A DNA stretch of 64,000 nucleotides from the NCBI GenBank assembly GCA_964247055.1, contig OZ176052.1, positions 10,974,001-11,038,000 on the forward strand, in the 5' to 3' direction. The notes below the pieces were generated by a model. It made no database searches. It saw only the letters and a program-made list of their open reading frames with translations, and was not told the DNA's origin. Source of the stretch: Paragordius varius. Taxonomy: Eukaryota; Animalia; Nematomorpha. The stretch's first letter is position 1, and each line of letters starts with the position of its first letter. The position numbers and the translations under genes are program-made. Shown here one piece after another: positions 56,677 to 64,000 of this stretch.

Positions 56677-57231
56677 CAATTGGATACAACACATTCATTT
56701 CAGTTCTTTGATTCAAATTGGGGTAGTTGGATAACCCAGGCTTGTCTAAAATTAAATAATTTAAAAATAAGGAAGTCAAAGCCATGGCAAAATTTTGCAC
56801 TAATATAACATTAATAAACCGAAATTAAAAAATTTTATTCAAAAATACTTGATATTACTTATTTTAAGCTAAAACCGAAAGGTAAAAATTTCGTCAACGT
56901 GACATGTTTGAAATAGTAAAATTAACAAATAACACAAAACAAACCGCTTTTTCTATTTCTATCAATGTTAGATGTAATTTAAATAAAAAATTAACTCTAA
57001 TTTTCCCTTAAAATTAAATAAAGACGATATTTTGCAAATATTTTGAAAAAAAATGGCTTCGAAGTAGTTTGACATGGAACTTTTTTTCAAAACAAAATTT
57101 TATTTAGATATATTGGCATATTTATATAATTTTTAGTAGGAGAAGCATATATTTATATTGGGACCATTTCCTTCAGTATTTTTTTAAAAATCATAACTTA
57201 AATTTAGTCTGGGGTATTTAGATACGAAGTG
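56677..57231. mobile_element. piggyBac-type MITE, copy 3
   Basis: Colinear with copies 1 and 2. The left end is mutated (CTAA-CAATT). The right end AAGTG-TTAA is intact, with a short deletion in the right subterminal repeat. Confidence 0.78.
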
Positions 57232-58899
57232 TTAAATATTTAAGAAAATAAATAGGAACGTTATGACTGATGTTAAACTTTATTAATAAATACTGTTTGT
57301 GAGACATCCAACGGTTGTTATTTAAACGTCCAAAGATATACAGCATACAATAATATGCTAGCCAAATAATGTATGTTGTAAGTCCAAGAAAGCCATTCCT
57401 ATATATTACGGAGTGGGAATCGAATTTTTGTAGGTATAATAGGTTTTTTGTTATGCTTCTGTTAGCGAGTATTTTAATTACCGACCACAAGATCTTAAGC
57501 CACATTCGAAATTTTTGGTTCCTCCCTAATTAGTGTCCTTCGCAAATGGTTAAAAAGGCACACGGCTTGAATTTATTAAGCTTCTAAAATCCATTTTTAC
57601 TGCTAAAATAGGTTAGTTCTTAAATTCAACCTAAAAAAGCCGAGATTGCACATGATATTAAATATACTAGATTATGGTCTTAGAAATTATCTATAAAAAA
57701 GGATATTGTATTTAAAAATTGTAATTTTGTAAAATTTTGTGATAATTTGGCGCATTATGCAAACGGTTTAAAACAATATAAAATATATAAACTTATTTTT
57801 TACATAATTCAATTCTGCCGAATATTTCCATCACATCAGTTAAATTAAATATTTACATATAATCTGTTATTTTAAGGCGAATAAATCTTTATATCAAAAT
57901 TCTTGAGCGATAATGGATAGCGCTGGGGTGGTCAATCCGAGACTTTCTGTGCGGCCTGCGAATAATCTAAAATCCTTAATTCTCAAAAATAACGTGACAA
58001 AAACTTGGTAAAATTGATATTCCTTCCACAATTTTTACTAAACATGTATATCCAAATAGCACAAAAGAGAAAAATGGTTATTCCGCTTTCTTTTTGTCGT
58101 ATGTTTGAAATTCAATAAATTATTTATGAATATCCATATATATTATGAATGCCGCCCGTCGTATTTTTTAAGCCAAAATGCCACAAAGCTATTTGTCTAG
58201 ACAGCCCTGGTTTAGTAGAATACTTTGGTAAATAAAATGTTTTTGTAATGTATAAATTATTTTTACATACACTGTACTATAAAGTACTATATAGTAGGCT
58301 TTGGCAAAGTTATGCCAAAAATTTAAAAAATCATGAGTTTAAATAAAAATATATTTTGAATTTATATTTATATTTGAAAATTTTACGTATTCCCAGATCG
58401 TTTAAGTTCATTACAAAAATTACCCCATTGTAGCGGAGAAGATCTTACATATAAAAATCGAATTTGAGATTATTTTGCTGTAGAGAGTGTACCATTAGAC
58501 CTCAATTTCACCCTTTTTATAATTCGCCATTGAACTTAAATTTACTCTTGAAATTGCGAATTGACCCTTGATCATTTCAAATTCCCACTTAAACATTTTA
58601 AATATTGATTAAATCATTTTAAATTAAATAAATAACTCTTAATTTATATTAAATTATACGTTAGGGCATAGTTTATGTATCTTTTTCTAAATAATGTTTT
58701 TTTATCATTTTGTAACAAAATTGCATATTGATATTAAATTATGTGAGTAGGCTTTTATTTTATTGCATGGTGCAAAATTATATTACATTTTTTAAAAGGA
58801 ACCCCAAAAACATTATTATTTTTTTGATAAATGAAGTGTCAAAAATGACATAATACGGGAAAAGTTGTTACAAATAATGTACATATCCCAACCTATTAA

Positions 58900-59680
58900 A
58901 ACTCCTTAAGGATTATCAGAGCCTTTTTCAATAAAGCGCTGAGTCTACCAAGGCTCATCGCTCAGCCCCTTATTGTTTACAATTTGTATGGACGAGCTAG
59001 CCAAGGTCGTTAATGTAAGGTCAGGTTGGTAATAATGTATACAGATGGAATCATCTTATCTGAATCATTAGGTGAATTGAAGCGACCGGTAAACAGATGG
59101 ATTATTATACTGAATTAATACGGTTTGAAACAAAGCAAAAACTGAATTTATTACTTTTTGGGTCTTAACATAAAATGAATTGATGATAGTTGGGTTCTGA
59201 GGGAAGAAAGGTGCAAATACTTAGAGCAATGTTAAGTTCAAATGGATCGTTGACCGACAATTATTTTAACAATAAAAAGCAGTTGGGTAAATTGGAAGAA
59301 AATTTTAAGTGTGAGTGATCGAAATATTGATGTTAGAGTGAAAGGTCAGATATATAGTTCACTTGTTCAACCCACTATGATGTATAATTCACAGACGTGG
59401 GTCCTCAAAAAATCCGAAAAAGACATTTTAACATCAAAAATGAAAATGCTTAGAATGATATGTGGGGTAACAAGAAAGGACAAAGTTATGAATAGATTTA
59501 TACGCGGGAGCACTGATGTTAAACCAAAGGAAAAGGTGTGCGGCCTAAAAAGAGATGGATAGATACATTAAAAGGAGAGCTATATGAGATACAAGCAGAA
59601 GACGCCATAGATATTCTATGGCGAGAAAGGTTGTATAATATGCTCGCTCTCACGAGTGAAAACATGTAATAAATAATAAA
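58900..59680 (+). mobile_element. 5'-truncated, decayed RTE-like LINE fragment
   Basis: YQGSSLSPLLFTICMD near 58945-58995, a degenerate YADD-region (YTDGIIL) near 59040, and RVKGQIYSSLVQPTMMYNSQTWVLKK...KMLRMICGVTRKDKV in ORF 59311-59562, typical of the RTE-clade C-terminus. Confidence 0.8.
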
Positions 59681-60129
59681 ATAGTCGACAAATTTGGACT
59701 TTTTCGAGAACCACCACCCACCGATTTTAGCTAAAACCAAATCTAAAAAAAATTAATCCCCCTGTATTACAGGTTTAGCAATTTTTGAAAAACAAGAGAA
59801 AAGAGGCATAAATACAAATATAACTTTTAATAAAAAGTTATTATATAAAAAATTAATATCATTTAATAAAGCGTTTTAAACTCTATATATTAATATTAGG
59901 GAGAAAAAAATAGTACAGGTCTTAATGTTAACATTTAGTGTTATTTAAAGCTAATTTTTAACACGTATAAATTTATATTCAAAAATACTAAAAGAGGAAT
60001 TTTAATATTTGCTTTGTTATTTTTGGTAATTTTTGGTACTTATTAGGGTTTTTCTTTTCGTTTGATTCTTACAAAAAATCCTGTTATTTATATCCAGTGG
60101 ATATTATATTTTTCAAAACATGGAATGAG

Positions 60130-61320
60130 CATTTTTGAATTTCAGATAAATGTTGGGCAGTTTTATCATCTGGGTAGATATCTTATGATTTTATGAACTA
60201 CAATAGGACCACTTGTACTTATCAATCTTCTTATCCGATTCAATGGTCGAATTTGTCCAACTCTATTCTGTGAATTGGTTAATTTGACATGTCAATTTCT
60301 CTGAATTTTGCTGAATTTAAATACGTTACATTATCTATAGGTCTTTCCTACCGGGCTCTTCGATCATCTATTGTATACCTTTGCCATATCTGGCATAATT
60401 ATTGGATTGCTTGGCGGATTTTCGCAGAGGTTGTGCAAGCCGCCCGGATCTATAACTACAGCATACATAATCCCTTTTAGATTATTATTTTTAATTTGTA
60501 ATACTCTTTAGCTTTTACAGTTTATATTGATTCTATATTCTTAAAGTTTCGCATTTTCTTTTATTTGATACATAGGATTTTTAATTAATATTTCAATAGA
60601 TGATGTTTATTTATTGTATATTGTCTATTTCTATTTCGAATAACAAGCCCGCTCGATAAGACATATTTCACGTGCAAAATAGATAAAAAAACCTTCGTCG
60701 GATTTTGGGCAGTAGATATTTTAATATAAAGATCGACGGTATTTTTATAGAGTTTTATTATATGGGTCATCAATAACATTTTCTGTAGAGTCTTCGTTAA
60801 TAAAAAAAGATTAGTATATTTGGAACATTTTTGCATTATCATTCTAAAATTATAATAAAGAACCTGGCTTTGGAATACCCTTTGTATTGCTCGTTTAAAT
60901 ATTTATTGTACACGAGATAATTGTTCTAAAAGTCAAACGCAAAATTTAATTGAATTTAAAAAAATCCTATTGGCGGCCTTAATTTTTTATTTTGGCCTTT
61001 CATGCCATTAGGTAACATTGCAAAAAAATAGGGTGGTGCAAAACCTTGTTGAGCAGTGTAATAATAATAAACATTCGCAAACCCATAATATATATTCCCC
61101 GATTTCGAACGCTTTGTACATTACATCAAGGTGATTTTTGTACACAGTGTAATGTGGCTCGAAGACCATAATTTATACATTAACTTCATGATCTTTTGGG
61201 GTAGTTCTATATTCCGCGATTTTAAATTTAACTACCTTAATATCTTGATTCAAATTGGAGCATCTAATGACCTAGATAATATAATTAACATTGATATGAA
61301 CCAAAAGGTTGTTTTGCCCT
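60130..61320. other. Possible unrecognised multi-exon gene
   Basis: GC-richer islands with GT-AG-bounded open frames. A phase-consistent minus-strand chain can be built (about 61300 to 60690), and so can a hydrophobic plus-strand chain (about 60205-60510). No family recognised and strand undecided. Confidence 0.3.
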
Positions 61321-62374
61321 ATTTTTATATTTAAATAATGTATACATGTTATGCTGGCTAAATTTTTACCTTCAAGTTTATCCATAAATTAAAATATATA
61401 TAATTTTAGAAATTTTTTTATATTTCTGTGCCATGTTATATAAGTGGAAACTTTTAATAATGTTTCGATACATTCCATATATTTCGAAATAATTGATTTT
61501 AAAAAGGTCTTTCCAAAAACCTTAATTTGATATGAATGACTGCAAATATGTTGAGTGATAAAAGTGTTTAAGATGTTAGGCCAAATTAATATCCTTCCTT
61601 TAGCTTTTAAAGCGCATGGTCCAAAAAATTTTTTAAATGCTGATAATCATCATATCAAGCTTTTCGTTATTAATTTATTATATGGCTAATACATATGCAA
61701 AAATATGTATATTGTGTTAATAAGTGTAATTAACTTTATAATGATATCAGATTACATCATACCATAAAAATTTTCGATTAGTTTTAACTCTTTATTACCA
61801 TGCTTACCCAATTTCCTAGAAGTTACAAAACTGTAAAAAAAATATTTTTTGCATCTGATACAGGAACAAGGTTTAAAATTTAATTTAAAACAACTTTCAA
61901 AACAGTAGTTTATTTATTGAGATTAGGATCTCAAAATAACATGTCATCGTGGTCAAAATAAACTTAAGTGATATGTATTTTAAACCTCTCGATAATACTT
62001 CAGAATGTAATAGATTGTTATGCATTTAGAATAGTATGAATTTAATATCATATATCATAAAATTTTGTTTAGGAGAAGCCATTTTTATTTCATCATTTTT
62101 CAAAATATAATATTTATTTGATTCTAAATAATTAAGTTTAGTTTTTTTAATAAATCACATTTAACATTGATATAAACAAAATTTGCATGATTTTTACATT
62201 TAGTTATGCACACGTATCATGTTGGCTAATTACCTTTGGGTTTTGCCTCTGAATAAGTAAGATGATGTATTTTTAAACAAATTTTATTATTATATTCCGG
62301 TTCACTTATGTTATTTAAGTGCAAACTTTTTCCATGGTTTCAATTTATTATATATTATATCTGATATAAAACAC

Positions 62375-62438
62375 GCCTGGGGTATTAGCTACCCCAATTT
62401 GAATTGAAGGATTAAAATGAATGCGTTGTATTCAAGTG
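62375..62438 (-). mobile_element. Solo left end of the piggyBac-type MITE family, about 65 bp upstream of the C1orf43 start
   Basis: The reverse complement reads TTAA-CACTTGAATACAACGCATTCATTTTAATCC...ATTCAAATTGGGGTAGCTAATACCCCAG, matching the left end of copies 1-3. The rest of the element is absent. Confidence 0.75.
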
Positions 62439-62503
62439 TTAAATACTAACTTCTGTGCACTTGTCAAATGTGCATATTATCGCCATAACATGTCCTAACA
62501 GGC

Positions 62504-63094
62504 ATGTTTTCTGGGCCTTTGATAATTATTATAATTTCTTCTTCATTGGGAGTTTATTGATTAAATATATTTAGATATTTCTCATATTTCTACTATTCGC
62601 TAAACGACAATTCGAAAGAGCAGTTTTTCATGAACCGTTTAATTCTATATCTGGATTTTATGCTTCCAAAGTATATTATAATCCTTTTTTAAAGACCCTT
62701 AAAAACCAAATAGATGACCTTATAAACTTTTCCGCAAATTATAAACCACAGCATAACTTAATGATTTCTCAAAATTTATATCTTCAATATCGCTATGAAT
62801 CAATCGAATATTTAAAAAACATACGTAATTTAAAATATATAACATATAGTTAAAAAAGCTAAATTAAAAGATTACGGTAATACCCATTTATTTGACTTGA
62901 ATTTGCAGGAAACTTTGATGAAAATGCGCATGGAACATTTTCCCAAAATAAAAATCACTACAATTAAAGAATTATGCGGATTATATGAAAAGGCTCGATA
63001 CTCCCATGAAGTTGAGTTAATATATAATTAGTAGAATTTTACAATGGAAGAATGCAAAAGAATGAAAAAATTAATTGATGATGTATGTAAGTAA
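62504..63094 (+). CDS. C1orf43: C1orf43/NICE-3 family small membrane protein (~164 aa); exons 62504-62551, 62575-62670, 62695-62824, 62850-63010, 63035-63094
   Basis: Spliced translation MFSGPLIIIIISSSLG-IFLIFLLFAKRQFER...ASK-TLKNQID...YRYESIEYL...GLYEKARYSHE-NFTMEEC. It matches the NICE-3 pattern as recalled: N-terminal TM followed by KRQ, then xxKxLKxEID, YR, YExARY. The 3' end could alternatively splice onward at GTAAGT 63087. Confidence 0.8.
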
Positions 63095-64000
63095 TTAAAA
63101 TTTATTCAATGGATAACGCCTTAATTATCTATGTTTAAACTGCACCTCCGCAACTTCATTTTTTTTAATGAAAATTAACGTATTTTTAACTTTCTCATAA
63201 TATATATTGAAAAGGTATTTTTACATATTTTTTTGATAATTTTAAAAGCATATTATATTATAAAAAAATATTTACAGCGGAAAGTAATAGATAAAAATTG
63301 TTGTTCTTACTTTAAATTTTTTTTAATACCAATAAAAGTTTTGGCTTATATTTTTGGGTCCTTGAAAACTTATAACCATAGTATATAAGGCCAGGAAATG
63401 TTCATATTTAAAACTTATATTTAGCAAAATAATTTACAAACGTTTCCAATAAGAAAGCGCTTTATGCATAAATTTCATATCATTAGAGATATTCATCTGG
63501 CATCAAATACTTTCAGTTTATATATTAAAACCGAGCGGCATGAGATATTCGGACCATGCCTAAAATAGTTATAAAAAAATTTAAATGAACAATATTGTCT
63601 TGATGATTTAGAAATCTTTGTTTAATTAAAAAGGAATTAATATAAAATATTTTATAACTAGCAACTTATAGATTTTTCAGTCTTTAGATTACCGACCATT
63701 TTATTTTCCTATTTTGGTTCTACAAATATTTAGTCAAGGACTAGTATTAAGAATGTTTAATTGCGTTGATGGCACCATGGGGTTCGGTGCTGTTTTAGAA
63801 TATGAAACCCAGGCGGTGAATATCCACATAAATATATTTCAAAAATAACCCGACATTTTTGTATTGGGACCTCACAATCATAATATTTAAACTTTTGATT
63901 TTTAATTACATTTTATAATAATATATTATTTTTGCGAATACTTAATGCTGATTAATTATATACTTTATAAAATTGCAATAAAACATGTAAATGTGTTTGC

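Noticed and set aside
60270-60440. Faint resemblance of ELVFPTG...FAISGIIIG to Tim23
   Set aside because: Only a few residues match, the register is off, and strand and exon structure are unresolved.
1-64000. Ciliate origin suggested by tiny introns and AT richness
   Set aside because: TAA, TAG and TGA all act as stops, many introns are long, and the gene set (C1orf43, globin with B12.2/G7.0 introns) looks animal-like.

Overview
Very AT-rich, intron-containing eukaryotic DNA, probably from an animal. It uses the standard code: genes end in TGA, TAG and TAA. Five recognisable protein genes were reconstructed by hand: the 3' part of a glycerate kinase (GLYCTK/MOFRL), a PEBP, a ~16 kb WDR7/rabconnectin-3-beta gene on the minus strand, a globin with a long N-terminal extension, and a C1orf43/NICE-3 orthologue. 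Around them lie a ~17.4 kb two-monomer satellite array with higher-order repeats, a 3.4 kb hAT (Blackjack-like) transposon, hAT and piggyBac-type MITEs, and LINE remnants. Four things stand out. (1) Eleven ultra-short GT-AG introns (ten of 22-27 nt, one of 39 nt) in three genes coexist with 75-1200 nt introns and have degenerate donors. (2) The hAT element carries, inside its own TIRs, an inverted decayed copy of its transposase gene, which could form a silencing hairpin. (3) The satellite is built from two monomers sharing a core, forms hairpins, and has nested 1263 and 6204 bp duplications and edge-specific variants. (4) The globin has Ala at distal E7. Taxon is not determinable from sequence alone; the micro-introns would fit a parasitic metazoan such as a myxozoan or mesozoan (inference). 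All exon structures are manual translations, not confirmed by transcripts.
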